Positions 10,675-21,357 of a DNA stretch of 64,000 nt are shown here, piece by piece (positions within the stretch are counted from its first letter, which is position 1; every line of letters starts with the position of its first letter). The stretch is taken from contig CAVPTW010000018.1 in the NCBI GenBank assembly GCA_963708735.1, forward strand, positions 1,672-65,671, read 5' to 3'. The stretch is from an uncultured Gammaproteobacteria bacterium. GTDB lineage: Bacteria; Pseudomonadota; Gammaproteobacteria; Pseudomonadales; Porticoccaceae. The notes under the pieces were generated by a model, which did no database searches, was not told the DNA's origin, and saw only the letters and a program-made list of their open reading frames with translations. Both the position numbers and the translations under genes were made by a program.

Positions 10675-11475
10675 ATGCTGACTTACCCCGTCATCGATCC
10701 CGTCGCCGTCGCGCTCGGCCCCGTCAAAGTCCACTGGTACGGGCTGATGTACCTGCTGGGATTCGCGGCCGCCTGGTGGCTTGCGGTGCGGCGCAGTCGA
10801 CAGCCCTGGGCGCCGGTGCGGCGCGCGCAGGTGGACGACCTGATCGTCTACGCCGCCCTGGGGGTGGTGGTCGGCGGGCGGCTCGGGTCGGGTCTGTTTT
10901 ACAACTTCGATATCTGGCGCACCGACCCGCTGTGGATCTTCCGGATCTGGGAGGGCGGCATGGCCTTTCACGGTGGCTTGCTCGGCGTACTGACGGCGCT
11001 GTCGCTGTACGCGCGCAAGCTGCACCAGCCGTTTCTTGCCGTGGCGGATTTCATTGCACCCATGGTGCCTATCGGGCTTGGCCTCGGCCGCATCGGCAAT
11101 TTCATTGGCCAGGAGCTCTGGGGCCGGCCCACGGATCTGCCCTGGGCGATGGTGTTTCCCCGCGACCCGGAGCAGCTCGCGCGCCATCCTTCGCAGCTTT
11201 ATCAGGCACTGCTCGAGGGGCTGGTACTGTTCGTGCTGCTGTTCTGGTTTTCGCGCCGGCAACGCCCGGACGGTGCCATCGGCGGGTTGTTCCTGGCGCT
11301 GTACGGACTGTTCCGGTTTCTGGTGGAATTTGTGCGCGAACCCGACCGCAACATCGGCTTCGACCTGTTCGGCTGGCTCACGCGCGGCCAGCTCCTGAGC
11401 CTGCCCATGATCCTCGCCGGGCTGCTGCTGATCGGCTGGGCCTACGGCAATGCGCGACGACACGCGCACCCCTGA
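10675..11475 (+). CDS. lgt: Prolipoprotein diacylglyceryl transferase
   Basis: Motifs [23 protein letters not shown] and [16 protein letters not shown]. Confidence 0.93.
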   Translation: MLTYPVIDPVAVALGPVKVHWYGLMYLLGFAAAWWLAVRRSRQPWAPVRRAQVDDLIVYAALGVVVGGRLGSGLFYNFDIWRTDPLWIFRIWEGGMAFHGGLLGVLTALSLYARKLHQPFLAVADFIAPMVPIGLGLGRIGNFIGQELWGRPTDLPWAMVFPRDPEQLARHPSQLYQALLEGLVLFVLLFWFSRRQRPDGAIGGLFLALYGLFRFLVEFVREPDRNIGFDLFGWLTRGQLLSLPMILAGLLLIGWAYGNARRHAHP

Positions 11476-11486
11476 GGGAGACGAAG

Positions 11487-12281
11487 ATGCGCCAGTATCT
11501 GGATCTGATGCGCCACGTCCGTACCACCGGCGTGCGCAAGGACGACCGCACCGGCACCGGCACCCTGTCGGTGTTCGGCCACCAGATGCGCTTCGATCTG
11601 GCGGCGGGCTTCCCCCTGGTCACCACCAAGAAAGTGCACCTCAAGTCCATCATCCACGAACTGCTGTGGTTCCTCGCCGGCGACACCAACGTGGAGTACC
11701 TCAACCGCAACGGCGTCTCGATCTGGAACGAATGGGCGGACGCGGCCGGCGAACTGGGCCCGGTGTACGGCGCCCAGTGGCGCAACTGGCCGGACGGTCG
11801 CGGCGGCCATATCGACCAGCTCGCTCAGGTTATCGAGCAAATCCGCACCGCGCCCGACTCGCGGCGCCACATCGTCAGTGCCTGGAACGTGGCCGCCCTG
11901 CCCGAGATGGCGCTCGCGCCCTGCCACTGTCTGTTCCAGTTCTATGTCGCCGAAGGCCGGCTCTCCTGCCAGCTGTACCAGCGCAGCGCCGACATCTTTC
12001 TCGGCGTGCCCTTCAATATCGCGTCCTACGCGCTGCTCACACTGATGCTCGCGCAGGTGACCGGCCTGCAAGCGGGCGAGTTCATCTGGAGCGGGGGCGA
12101 CTGCCACCTCTACCTCAATCACCTGGATCAGGCCGATCAACAGCTTGCCCGCGCGCCGCGCCCGCTGCCCCGGATGCTGCTGAATCCCGAGGTGCGCGAC
12201 CTGTTCGCCTTCCGCTATGCAGACTTCCGGCTCGAGGGCTACGACCCGCACCCGGGGATCAGCGCCCCCATCGCCATCTGA
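11487..12281 (+). CDS. thyA: Thymidylate synthase
   Basis: Motifs [23 protein letters not shown] and the active site [12 protein letters not shown]. The product ends in PIAI. Confidence 0.95.
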   Translation: MRQYLDLMRHVRTTGVRKDDRTGTGTLSVFGHQMRFDLAAGFPLVTTKKVHLKSIIHELLWFLAGDTNVEYLNRNGVSIWNEWADAAGELGPVYGAQWRNWPDGRGGHIDQLAQVIEQIRTAPDSRRHIVSAWNVAALPEMALAPCHCLFQFYVAEGRLSCQLYQRSADIFLGVPFNIASYALLTLMLAQVTGLQAGEFIWSGGDCHLYLNHLDQADQQLARAPRPLPRMLLNPEVRDLFAFRYADFRLEGYDPHPGISAPIAI

Positions 12282-12772
12282 TGGACGTGGTGCTGATCGC
12301 CGCGGTGGCGCGCAACGGCGTGATCGGCGCCGGCAACGCCCTGCCCTGGCACCTGCCCGCCGACCTCAAGCGCTTCAAGGCGCTGACCCTGGGTCATCCG
12401 GTACTGATGGGCCGCAAGACCTTCGAGTCCATCGGGCGGCCGCTGCCGGGGCGCGCCAATATCGTGGTAAGCGGCGATCCGGCCTTTGCGCCGGAAGGCG
12501 TGACGGTGGCCGCTTCGGTGCCGGCAGGATTGGCGCGCGCGGGGGCGCTCGGCACGCCGGTGTTCGTGATCGGCGGCGCGCAGATCTACGCACAGTGCCT
12601 GACCCTCGCCGACCGGATTTATCTGACGCGGGTGGATATCGAGGTGGCGGGGGATGCCTTTTTCCCACGGTTGGACGCAAGCGAATGGCGCGAGACCGCC
12701 GGTGAAAACTGGCCGGCGGCGGATGGTCATCCGGCCTATGCGTTTGTCACCCTGGAGCGGCTGCTCGATTAG
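12281..12772 (+). CDS. folA: Dihydrofolate reductase
   Basis: The motif is IGAGNALPWHLPADLKRFKALTLGHPVLMGRKTFESIG. The ATG overlaps the thyA stop by 1 nt (TGATG). Confidence 0.93.
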   Translation: MDVVLIAAVARNGVIGAGNALPWHLPADLKRFKALTLGHPVLMGRKTFESIGRPLPGRANIVVSGDPAFAPEGVTVAASVPAGLARAGALGTPVFVIGGAQIYAQCLTLADRIYLTRVDIEVAGDAFFPRLDASEWRETAGENWPAADGHPAYAFVTLERLLD

Positions 12773-12815
12773 CGCGCTGTCCCCGGAGCCGAGCCCGGGC
12801 GGGAAAGGCTGCCTC

Positions 12816-13568
12816 ATGAAAGTGCGCGGCTATGTCCTCGGGACGCTCGCCAGTGTCGCGGTCCATGCCCTGGCACTGACCCTGCTGGCGCTGGCCTGGC
12901 GCGCGGACTTCCAGCGGCGCAATCTGTCCACCGCGCACACGCCGATCCCGGTGTGGCTGGTGGAAGATAAAAAAGCTGCGCCAACGGACATCGTCGTGCC
13001 CGCGTCCGGCCCGCGCGCGCCGCCGGTGATTCCCGACAGTCCGGTGCAGCAAATCAGTGCAAAACCGCAGCGTCCGCGCGCACCGGAACCCGTTCGTGAG
13101 TCCGCATCTGAACCCGCGGTGCAGCAGCCGGCGGACACGGCGTCGATCCCGCCCGCAACCCGCGCCGCCTCACCCGACTCCCCGACCCAAGACGAGACGC
13201 AGCCACGATCCCGGGACGACGTCGCCACAGGACAACCATCTCCAGAGCCGGCGTCCACCAACGCGGGAAAGATCACGGACGCGCCGATTGAACGGGAGTA
13301 TCGGGCACTGTCCCGGCCGGAACCGGCCTATCCACACCAAGCGCTGGCGCGTGGGATCGAGGGCTATGTGGTGCTGGAGTTCACCGTGACCGCCGCCGGC
13401 ACCACCCGCGATCTGCGGGTGCTCGAAGCCAGTCCGACGGATGTCTTTGATGCGGCCGCCCTGGCCGCGGCGCGCCAGTTTCGCTACCAGCCGCGGATCC
13501 AGGCCGGCGCGCCCGTGGATGTGCCGGGCGTGCGCAGCCGGATCCGGTTTGAGATCCGGCCGCGCTGA
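12816..13568 (+). CDS. TonB-family energy transducer
   Basis: It has an N-terminal TM helix, a Pro-rich spacer, and the C-terminal domain YPHQALARGIEGYVVLEFTVTAAGTTRDLRVLEASP. Confidence 0.8.
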   Translation: MKVRGYVLGTLASVAVHALALTLLALAWRADFQRRNLSTAHTPIPVWLVEDKKAAPTDIVVPASGPRAPPVIPDSPVQQISAKPQRPRAPEPVRESASEPAVQQPADTASIPPATRAASPDSPTQDETQPRSRDDVATGQPSPEPASTNAGKITDAPIEREYRALSRPEPAYPHQALARGIEGYVVLEFTVTAAGTTRDLRVLEASPTDVFDAAALAAARQFRYQPRIQAGAPVDVPGVRSRIRFEIRPR

Positions 13569-13595
13569 CGGCACCGGTTTTTTTGAACGTACCGA

Positions 13596-13735
13596 TTAAC
13601 AGCTTGTTGAAAAACGTCGGGGGTGCGAGGCGCACGGCGCGCAGCGACCGAGACATATCCGATAGATAGGCGAGGGAGCGAGCACCGCGCAACGAAGCAG
13701 ATGGCTGCCGCAGCAGTTTTTCAACAAACTGTTAA
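13596..13735. repeat. 140-bp element bounded by 20-bp terminal inverted repeats (TTAACAGCTTGTTGAAAAAC / GTTTTTCAACAAACTGTTAA)
   Basis: The arms match 19/20 as reverse complements and are separated by 100 nt. The right arm overlaps the ilvD stop codon. The element lies between convergent genes. Confidence 0.5.
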
Positions 13736-15564
13736 AGTTTGCCGAGATCCCGCACCGCACCGCGGTCCGCGCTGGTGGCGAGCAGGGCGTAGGCCTTGAG
13801 CGCCGCCGAGACCTTGCGCGGGCGCTTTTCGGCGGGGTGCCAGCCGATTTTTTCGCGCCGTTCCCGGCGCGTGGCGAGCTCGGCTTCGCTCACCTGGAGT
13901 TCGATGGTGCGGTTGGGGATGTCGATGCGGATGGGGTCGCCCGTTTCCACCAGGCCGATGGTGCCGCCGGCGGCGGCTTCCGGCGAGACATGGCCGATGG
14001 AGAGTCCCGAGGTGCCGCCCGAGAAGCGGCCGTCGGTGATCAGCGCGCAGGCCTTGCCGAGCCCCTTGGATTTCAGGTAGCTGGTGGGATAGAGCATCTC
14101 CTGCATGCCGGGGCCGCCGCGCGGGCCTTCGTAACGCACCACCACCACGGCACCGGGTTTGACGCGGTCGTGGAGGATGTCGTCGACCGCCGCCTCCTGA
14201 CTCTCGACCACATGGGCCGGGCCCTCGAATACCAGGATGGAGGCGTCGACGCCGGCGGTCTTCACCACGCAGCCGTTGGGCGCCAGGTTGCCGTACAGCA
14301 CGGCGAGGCCGCCGTCCTTGCTGTAGGCGTGTGCGACGGCGCGGATGCAGCCCTCGGCGCGGTCGTCGTCCAGGGTCGGCCAGCGGGTGGCCTGACTGAA
14401 GGCGACCTGGGTGGGAATGCCCGCCGGGCCGGCGCGGAAAAAGTTTCGCACCGCTTCCGCGGGATTGCGTTTGATATCCCAGGTATCCAGCGCCTCGCCC
14501 ATCGTATCGGCGTACACGGTCGGCAGATCCGTATGCAGCAGGCCGGCGCGGTCGAGCTCGCCCAGGATGCCCATGACGCCACCGGCACGATGCACGTCCT
14601 CCATGTGGTATTTGGGCGTGCTCGGCGCCACCTTGCACAGGTTCGGCACCTTGTGGGACAGCCGGTCGATGTCGGCCAGGGTGAAATCCACCTCGGCTTC
14701 CTGCGCCGCCGCCAGCAGATGCAGGATGGTGTTGGTGGAACCGCCCATGGCGATGTCGAGGCTCATGGCGTTCTCGAACGCTTCGAAACTGGCGATGGAG
14801 CGGGGCAGCACCCGGTAATCGTCGTCGTCGTAGTGGCGGCGGGCCAGTGCGACGATGCGCCGGCCGGCTTCCAGAAACAGTTGCTCGCGATCGGCATGGG
14901 TGGCCAGCACCGAGCCGTTGCCGGGCAGCGACAGGCCGAGCGCCTCGGTCAGGCAGTTCATCGAGTTGGCGGTGAACATGCCGGAGCAGGACCCGCAGGT
15001 GGGACAGGCGGAACGCTCGTACTCGGCGACTTTCTCGTCGCTGGCGCTGTCGTCCACCGCGATCATCATGGCGTCGACCAGATCCAGCTTCTGCGCCGAC
15101 AGCCGGGTCTTGCCCGCCTCCATGGGGCCACCGGACACGAAAATGGTGGGGATATTGAGGCGCAACGCGGCCATCAGCATGCCGGGGGTGATCTTGTCGC
15201 AGTTGGAGATGCACACCAGGGCGTCGGCGCAGTGGGCATTGACCATGTACTCGACCGAGTCCGCGATGATGTCCCGCGACGGCAGCGAATAGAGCATGCC
15301 GTCGTGGCCCATGGCGATACCGTCGTCCACCGCGATGGTGTTGAACTCCTTGCCGACGCCGCCGGCGCGCTCGATCTCCCCGATCACCAGCTGGCCCAGA
15401 TCCTTGAGGTGCACATGGCCGGGCACGAACTGGGTGAAGCTGTTGGCGACCGCGATGATGGGCTTGTTGAAATCCGCATCGGTCATGCCGGTGGCGCGCC
15501 ACAGGGAGCGCGCACCCGCCATGTTGCGGCCGCGGGTGGTGGTGTGGGAGCGATAGGTCGGCAT
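13732..15564 (-). CDS. ilvD: Dihydroxy-acid dehydratase
   Basis: Motifs [38 protein letters not shown] and [19 protein letters not shown]. Confidence 0.97.
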   Translation of the reverse strand: MPTYRSHTTTRGRNMAGARSLWRATGMTDADFNKPIIAVANSFTQFVPGHVHLKDLGQLVIGEIERAGGVGKEFNTIAVDDGIAMGHDGMLYSLPSRDIIADSVEYMVNAHCADALVCISNCDKITPGMLMAALRLNIPTIFVSGGPMEAGKTRLSAQKLDLVDAMMIAVDDSASDEKVAEYERSACPTCGSCSGMFTANSMNCLTEALGLSLPGNGSVLATHADREQLFLEAGRRIVALARRHYDDDDYRVLPRSIASFEAFENAMSLDIAMGGSTNTILHLLAAAQEAEVDFTLADIDRLSHKVPNLCKVAPSTPKYHMEDVHRAGGVMGILGELDRAGLLHTDLPTVYADTMGEALDTWDIKRNPAEAVRNFFRAGPAGIPTQVAFSQATRWPTLDDDRAEGCIRAVAHAYSKDGGLAVLYGNLAPNGCVVKTAGVDASILVFEGPAHVVESQEAAVDDILHDRVKPGAVVVVRYEGPRGGPGMQEMLYPTSYLKSKGLGKACALITDGRFSGGTSGLSIGHVSPEAAAGGTIGLVETGDPIRIDIPNRTIELQVSEAELATRRERREKIGWHPAEKRPRKVSAALKAYALLATSADRGAVRDLGKL

Positions 15565-15661
15565 GGCGAACCCCTGACGGCAGCGGTTGGTCGAAACGGG
15601 TCCGGAGAATACCAGAGTCGCAGGCAGGCTGAATCGGGATGATCCCGGGGCCGGCTGTCGA

Positions 15662-16867
15662 TCAGACCGCGCCGGCCGCGCGCAGCGCCGCGATCTCCGC
15701 CGGCGCGCGGCCGAGTTCGCGCAGCACCTGATCGGTATGTTCGCCCGGTGTCGGCGGGCGGCTGCGAATCGAGCCCGGCGTCGCGGTCAGCTTGATGGCG
15801 ATTCCGGGCTGGGTCGCGTCGGGCTGACGGGGATCACCCGCGGGCAGGATCATCCCGCGGTGGCGCAATTGCGGGTCGTTGACGGCCTCGGCGAGTCCGT
15901 TCACCTCGCCGACGCAGACATCGGTCTCGGCAAAAAACGTTACCCATTCGGCGAGTGTGCGGGTGCGCATGATCGCCTCGATCTCCTGCTTGGCCGCACG
16001 CTGCGCGGCGCTGGGCGAACGCTGGAAATCATCGGTCTGCATGCCCTGGGGTTTCAGGTCCGGGCGCCCCAGGGCCTCGCAGAAGTTGCTCCACAGCCAG
16101 GGCTCCATGCAACCGACCGACAGCCAACGGTCATCGCGGGTCGGATACACCGCGTAGTAGGGATGCGCGCCGGCAAAGACATTTTCGCCGCGCTGGGCTT
16201 CCGCGCCACCGACGAAGTAATTGCGGATTCCCGGCACCGCGGTGAGCAGCGCAAAGGCGGTATCGAGATAGGCCACATCGACCTGTTGGCCGCGCCCGGT
16301 GCTCTGGCGGGCGAGCAGCGCGAGCAGGATGCCGATCACCCCGTGGAGGGCGGCGCCGGCGTAATCGGCGACGATGTTGAGCGGGATCGGAGGCGGGCTT
16401 TCCCGGGTGCCGAGCTGGCCCAGCACGCCGGCAATGGCGAGGTAGTTGAGATCGTGTCCCGCGCGGTCGCGATAGGGGCCGTCCTGTCCGAAACCGCTCA
16501 GCGAGCAATACACCAGCCGCGGGTTGATCGCACTCAGGGTCGCGTAATCCGCGCCCAGCCGCGCGCCGACTCCGGGGCGGAAGCCCTCGATCACCACATC
16601 GGACTTCGCCACCAGCTCGTGCAATATCGTCTGCGCCGCCGGATCCTTCAGATTGAGCGTCATGCTCCGCTTGTTGCGGTTGGCGAATTCCGAGCGCACC
16701 CAGAGATCGTCCTCCTTCGCGCCCATGTGTTTGCTGGCGCCCGGGCGGGCCGGGGTTTCGATCTTGAGAACTTCGGCCCCCATATCGCCCAGCATCATGG
16801 TGCAGAAGGAACCGGGCGCAACCCGGTTCAGTTCCAGAATGCGGATTCCGTCGAGCGGAGATTTCAT
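15662..16867 (-). CDS. Family III CoA-transferase (CaiB/BaiF)
   Basis: The N-terminal signature [33 protein letters not shown] is present, and the length is 401 aa. Confidence 0.85.
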   Translation of the reverse strand: MKSPLDGIRILELNRVAPGSFCTMMLGDMGAEVLKIETPARPGASKHMGAKEDDLWVRSEFANRNKRSMTLNLKDPAAQTILHELVAKSDVVIEGFRPGVGARLGADYATLSAINPRLVYCSLSGFGQDGPYRDRAGHDLNYLAIAGVLGQLGTRESPPPIPLNIVADYAGAALHGVIGILLALLARQSTGRGQQVDVAYLDTAFALLTAVPGIRNYFVGGAEAQRGENVFAGAHPYYAVYPTRDDRWLSVGCMEPWLWSNFCEALGRPDLKPQGMQTDDFQRSPSAAQRAAKQEIEAIMRTRTLAEWVTFFAETDVCVGEVNGLAEAVNDPQLRHRGMILPAGDPRQPDATQPGIAIKLTATPGSIRSRPPTPGEHTDQVLRELGRAPAEIAALRAAGAV

Positions 16868-16947
16868 GGGACGCTGTCCTCGATGCTGTTTTAGTGGTGA
16901 TGGTTTTTGCTGGGGGGCGCCGTTTTCAGAACGGCGAGCGCACCCGG

Positions 16948-17796
16948 TCAGGCCGCCTGGATCCGGATCAGGGCTCCGAAGGCATCTTCACGGGGCACTT
17001 CCAGCACATTGCGGTTATCCGCCGCCGGGTGAACCCGGATGCCGTGGCCGGCGAGCGACCTGGCGGTTGCCGGCAGATCGGGCGATTCCAGCACCAGCGC
17101 GTACATGCCTTCGCGCTTTTCCTCCAGATGACGTTCGATGGCGCGGGCGAACGTCCGCGATGCATCCTTGACGGCCACCAGTTCGATCACGCCGCCGGTC
17201 GGCGGCCGGCAGATGGCCGACCAGACGCCGCGCTCGGCGTCGTCCAGGATCTTGCCCACGGGCAGTTTGAACTGGCTGCCGTAGACCTCCACCGCGTGCT
17301 CGATATCCTCGACCGCCACAATGACCCGGACGATACCGGACAGACGCGGCGCGCGGTCGTCGAGCGCGCGCTTGTACTGACCCTTGAACGAATTGACCGG
17401 GTAGACGCGAATCAACACGCCGTGGGTAGAGTTTGGATGGACATCGCGGCCAAAAGCGCCGGGCATCAAGGGCATCACATTGAGGCCGCGATCCGCCAGC
17501 TCGGCGGCTTCATCGTCGGGTACCGGCGCTTCCAGCATCAGGGCAAACAGGCCTTCGCCGCGCCGATCGAGGAACCCCAGCAAGCTTTTGCTGAGCGGCG
17601 TATCCGGATCGACGGGACACATCAGTTCGATATTGCTGCCGCCGGCGGGCACGCACATGCCAAGCGCAGCGCCGTACTCCTTGCGGCTCATCTTCGAGAG
17701 GTCGAGTACGGGCATGTGAAACTTGTCCCTGAACAGGCTGACCAGGGCGCTGAAGTCGTGGGCGGCAATCGCGATGCGGGGCATTCCGGTGATCAT
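16948..17796 (-). CDS. Two-domain VOC (glyoxalase/dioxygenase-fold) protein
   Basis: The start was trimmed to an ATG preceded by AGGAGAGAA, giving MITGMPRIAIAAHDF. A repeated beta-alpha-beta-beta-beta-like module fits the VOC fold. The function is unknown. Confidence 0.6.
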   Translation of the reverse strand: MITGMPRIAIAAHDFSALVSLFRDKFHMPVLDLSKMSRKEYGAALGMCVPAGGSNIELMCPVDPDTPLSKSLLGFLDRRGEGLFALMLEAPVPDDEAAELADRGLNVMPLMPGAFGRDVHPNSTHGVLIRVYPVNSFKGQYKRALDDRAPRLSGIVRVIVAVEDIEHAVEVYGSQFKLPVGKILDDAERGVWSAICRPPTGGVIELVAVKDASRTFARAIERHLEEKREGMYALVLESPDLPATARSLAGHGIRVHPAADNRNVLEVPREDAFGALIRIQAA

Positions 17797-18008
17797 GGTT
17801 TTCTCTCCTGCGGACCGCGGCGAGGTATCGCCGGTCCGTGGTGGGCTGTTATTTGCGACCACCAGCTTACCGCCTGGAGCGGCCAATTCAACGGCCGGCG
17901 CCTTGGGCCGCGCCGGTGTCCGCCGGCAGTCGCCACTCGTCCGGGTGCTCGTGGTCATCGAACAGCACGAGCTGCCTGGCTTGCGTGGGAAGTCCGTGCG
18001 GACGGCAG

Positions 18009-19568
18009 CTATCGCGAAACGACGCCGGAATTCTTCCGCCACAGCAGACTGAACAGATCGTCCCGGCGGTCCTTGCGGTTGGTGACCGCGCCCTCGTGGC
18101 GCAGTCGGGTAAGGCGATCCAGATCGAGATCGGCGATCACCGCCATTTCCGTGTTGGGGGTGCTCTCGGCAATTATGGCGTCATGGGGAAACGCAAAGTC
18201 GGAGGGCGTGTAGACCGCGGACTGGGCGTACTGAAGATCGACGTTTTGTACCTGCGGCAGGTTACCCACGCTACCGCCAATGACTACATAACACTCGTTT
18301 TCGATGGCGCGTGCCTGGGCGCAGCGCTGCACGCGCAGAAAACTGTTCTTGGTGTCGGTCCAGAAGGGCACGAAGAGAATATCCATGCCCTGTTCGGCAA
18401 GCAGTCGCGCCAGCTCGGGAAACTCGACGTCGTAGCAGATCAGAATGCCGATGCGCCCGGCGTCGGTGTCGAACACCTGCAGGCTGTCGCCGCCGGAGAT
18501 CACCCAGTCGCGGCGCTCGTGGGGCGTGATGTGGAGCTTGGGTTGCATGGCGATGGTGCCATCGCGCCGGCACAGATAGGCGTGGTTCTGTAGTTTGTCG
18601 CCCACCATGACGGGAATGCTGCCCGCGATGAGGTTGATGTTGTAGGAGACCGCAAATTGCGCCATTGCCTCGATGCTCCGATCGGCAAAGGTGGCAAGGA
18701 AGCGAATCGCCTCGAACTGGTTGCTCTGGTCGCCCAGCCCCATCAGCGGGGCGTTGAAAAACTCGGGAAACAGCACGAAATCGGACTTGTAGTCGGCCAC
18801 GCAGTCGACAAAGAATTCCACCTGCCGCAGCCACTCGTCGAAGGAACGGCTCTGCCGCATCTGCCACTGCATCACGCCGACCCGCACCACCGACTTGCGG
18901 ATGCTGCCGATAGGGAGGTTTTCCGGTTCGTAGACGATGTTGTTCCATTCGAGCAGAGTGGCATACCCGCGCGAGCGCTCGTCCGCCGGCAGGTAGGCGC
19001 GCAGCAGCCGCTTGACCTCGAAGTCATTGGCGAGCTGGAAGCTCAGGATGGGATCGTGGATCTCGCGATGCCGAACCGCGTCGATGTACTGGATGGGCGA
19101 CAGGGTGTCGGCGTGTTCGTGGTAGTTGACGATGCGCCCGCCGGCCAGGATGGCACGCAGATTGAGGTTGCGGCACAGATCCTTGCGCACGTCGTAGAGC
19201 CGCCGCCCGAGCCGCAGACCGCGATAATCGGGGTCGACGAACACATCCATGCCATAGAGCGCGTCGCCGTCGGGATCGTGACGAATGCGATCACGTCGCG
19301 CCATCAGATCCTCGTAGGTGTGCTGACGACTGAAGCGCTCATAGTTGCAGCGAACGCTCAGCGCCACGCCCACCACCCGGCCATGGTCCTCGATCACGAT
19401 CTGCCCCTCGGGGAAATCGGCGATCAGTGAGCGGATCGAACTTTCCGGCCAGGCTCCGGCGATGTCGGCATAGACTTCATCCATCAGCTCCTTGAGCCGC
19501 GGATAGTCGTCCATCGTCAGATTGCGTACCTTCAGGTGAAGGTCGGAGGATGTTTCACTGCTCATCAC
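18009..19568 (-). CDS. GNAT N-acetyltransferase fused to a carbon-nitrogen hydrolase (nitrilase-superfamily) domain
   Basis: The N-terminal half has a GNAT core (VVGVALS...YRGLRLGRRLY). The C-terminal half has the CN-hydrolase triad context (FPEFF, GILICYDVEFPE). Confidence 0.75.
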   Translation of the reverse strand: MMSSETSSDLHLKVRNLTMDDYPRLKELMDEVYADIAGAWPESSIRSLIADFPEGQIVIEDHGRVVGVALSVRCNYERFSRQHTYEDLMARRDRIRHDPDGDALYGMDVFVDPDYRGLRLGRRLYDVRKDLCRNLNLRAILAGGRIVNYHEHADTLSPIQYIDAVRHREIHDPILSFQLANDFEVKRLLRAYLPADERSRGYATLLEWNNIVYEPENLPIGSIRKSVVRVGVMQWQMRQSRSFDEWLRQVEFFVDCVADYKSDFVLFPEFFNAPLMGLGDQSNQFEAIRFLATFADRSIEAMAQFAVSYNINLIAGSIPVMVGDKLQNHAYLCRRDGTIAMQPKLHITPHERRDWVISGGDSLQVFDTDAGRIGILICYDVEFPELARLLAEQGMDILFVPFWTDTKNSFLRVQRCAQARAIENECYVVIGGSVGNLPQVQNVDLQYAQSAVYTPSDFAFPHDAIIAESTPNTEMAVIADLDLDRLTRLRHEGAVTNRKDRRDDLFSLLWRKNSGVVSR

Positions 19569-20042
19569 GAATATCGGGTTCTATCCTGGAGATCGCCAAG
19601 GTACCGGAAGCTGAATTGAGTTCCTGAATCCGTATGTGTTCGCGCCTTACCCACTTGCGGGGGAATAGTGTACGCCGAAGTTCGCGTCGCGGCCTCCGGC
19701 GCAACCCGCCCAGCCGGCGAATGCGCGTCCGCGGAAAGTCTCGCAGACAAACGCGACCACAACCGTTTCCAATGCGTGGAAAAACGACATTCGCCGCCTG
19801 GCCGACTTTTGTGTCGCGGAGCAGTCCGATCTCGGCGGTGATCCTGGGCCTGCCCACGGCTGTTGCACTTGCTATCGAATTCACAGCGGTCACGTTCGCC
19901 ATATTCGCGAGCCGGACTCTCGTGTTGACCATGTTCGGCGCGCTTGCGGCGGCGCATTTGTTGTGAGGCGCGCACAGCGCGGCGCGACGACAGACCGCGG
20001 CCGAGTCTCCGTGCCACCCCGCAAATCCGCCTCCGCCCGCTG

Positions 20043-20076
20043 CAAAATGACAACGGCGCCCGCAGGCGCCGTTGTC
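20043..20076 (-). terminator. Rho-independent terminator of the ompA-like gene
   Basis: A perfect 12-bp stem, GACAACGGCGCC-cgca-GGCGCCGTTGTC, lies 23 nt after the stop. It is followed on the minus strand by ATTTTG. Confidence 0.75.
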
Positions 20077-20099
20077 GATCACTTCACCGGATGATTGGT

Positions 20100-21131
20100 C
20101 TAGTTAGGCGCCACTTCCGAATAGCTCAACTCCCCGATCACGCGCCGGTTTTTCGCACGGCCTTCGGCGGTCGCGTTATCCGCGATGGGCCGACTCTCGC
20201 CGTAGCCAACCGTGGAAATGCGGTTCGCCGCGATGCCATAGTCCTTGGCCAGCTTGGCCTTGACCGCAGCCACACGACGCTCCGAGAGCTTTTGGTTGTA
20301 GGCGTCGCTGCCGATCGAATCCGTGTGGCCTTCCAGCACCAGTTCGATGTCGTCATGGGCTTTCATCGCGTTGGCAACGGCTTGCAGCTCATCACCGTAG
20401 ATCGCGCGAACATCCGCCTTGTTGAACTCGAACAACACATTCAACTTCACCGTGATGGTGCGCTTGTCGGGCGCCACGACAGGCTCCGATGCCGGTGCTA
20501 CTGCCGCCGGCTTGGCAGCCGGCATCGGAGTTGCCTGAGTGACCGCCACCGGTTTCGGGCCGTTGAAATAATAGTTGAGCGCCAGATTCAGGGAGGCATC
20601 GACCGCTTTGTTGTCACTTTGTCGTACCTTGTACATGCCGCGTACATCCCCGCGGACCTCGAAGTGATCGGAGATCATTTTGGAGAGGCCGAGACCGGCG
20701 CCAACGTCCCAGCTGTGCTCGTCTTTGCTGCCATCGGTGAGGTAGGGTGAACAGCAGCCCTGCTTGTTCAGGTCAAGGTACGTGATGTCCGCGACAAAGT
20801 ACGGCCGCCATTCCTTGCTGTCGGGGTTGGCCTCGCCAAACCAGTAATACACATCGAGTTTGCCGATGTCGAGCCGCTCGCCGGTATCGCCGGAGATATC
20901 CCTGCCGAGATTCGCCTCAAGTGCCCAGTCGTTGAAAAACCGGTAACCGAGATTGACCGTACCAACTCCGGAGAGTTGAGAGCCGCCAACGAAGCGTGTG
21001 CTGTCCAGATAGTACCCGGACGCCGTGCCACCAATATAGGCTCCTTCGTTGGCCTGTACGTGACCCGCAAGTCCAGCAGTCAGCGCAACGGCCCCCGCGA
21101 TCGCGAGTATTTTGTTCCTCTTGTTCTTCAT
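20100..21131 (-). CDS. OmpA-family outer-membrane protein (beta-barrel plus OmpA_C peptidoglycan-binding domain)
   Basis: A signal peptide (MKNKRNKILAIAGAVALTAGLAGHVQA) is followed by a beta-strand-rich N-terminal half. The C-terminal half carries LEGHTDSIGSDAYNQKLSERRVAAV. Confidence 0.85.
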   Translation of the reverse strand: MKNKRNKILAIAGAVALTAGLAGHVQANEGAYIGGTASGYYLDSTRFVGGSQLSGVGTVNLGYRFFNDWALEANLGRDISGDTGERLDIGKLDVYYWFGEANPDSKEWRPYFVADITYLDLNKQGCCSPYLTDGSKDEHSWDVGAGLGLSKMISDHFEVRGDVRGMYKVRQSDNKAVDASLNLALNYYFNGPKPVAVTQATPMPAAKPAAVAPASEPVVAPDKRTITVKLNVLFEFNKADVRAIYGDELQAVANAMKAHDDIELVLEGHTDSIGSDAYNQKLSERRVAAVKAKLAKDYGIAANRISTVGYGESRPIADNATAEGRAKNRRVIGELSYSEVAPN

Positions 21132-21198
21132 AGAAACTTCCCTCTGTTGAATTGTACTTGCTAAACCTCAGCGGCCCGGATGGGCGGCAGAAGTATCC

Positions 21199-21357
21199 CT
21201 ATATCCGTCCCAATAACAACAAAACGATCAGAATTACCAATACCAAGCCAAGTCCACCGCTGGGACCGTAACCCCATCCCCGGCTGTGAGGCCAAGCTGG
21301 AATGGCGCCGATCAACATCAGCACCAGAATGATCACCAGAATTGCGCCTAAACTCAT
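21199..21357 (-). CDS. DUF3309-family small membrane protein (52 aa)
   Basis: The product is MSLGAILVIILVLMLIGAIPAWPHSRGWGYGPSGGLGLVLVILIVLLLLGRI, with the family-typical WPxSRGWGY core. The ATG overlaps the desaturase stop. Confidence 0.7.
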   Translation of the reverse strand: MSLGAILVIILVLMLIGAIPAWPHSRGWGYGPSGGLGLVLVILIVLLLLGRI

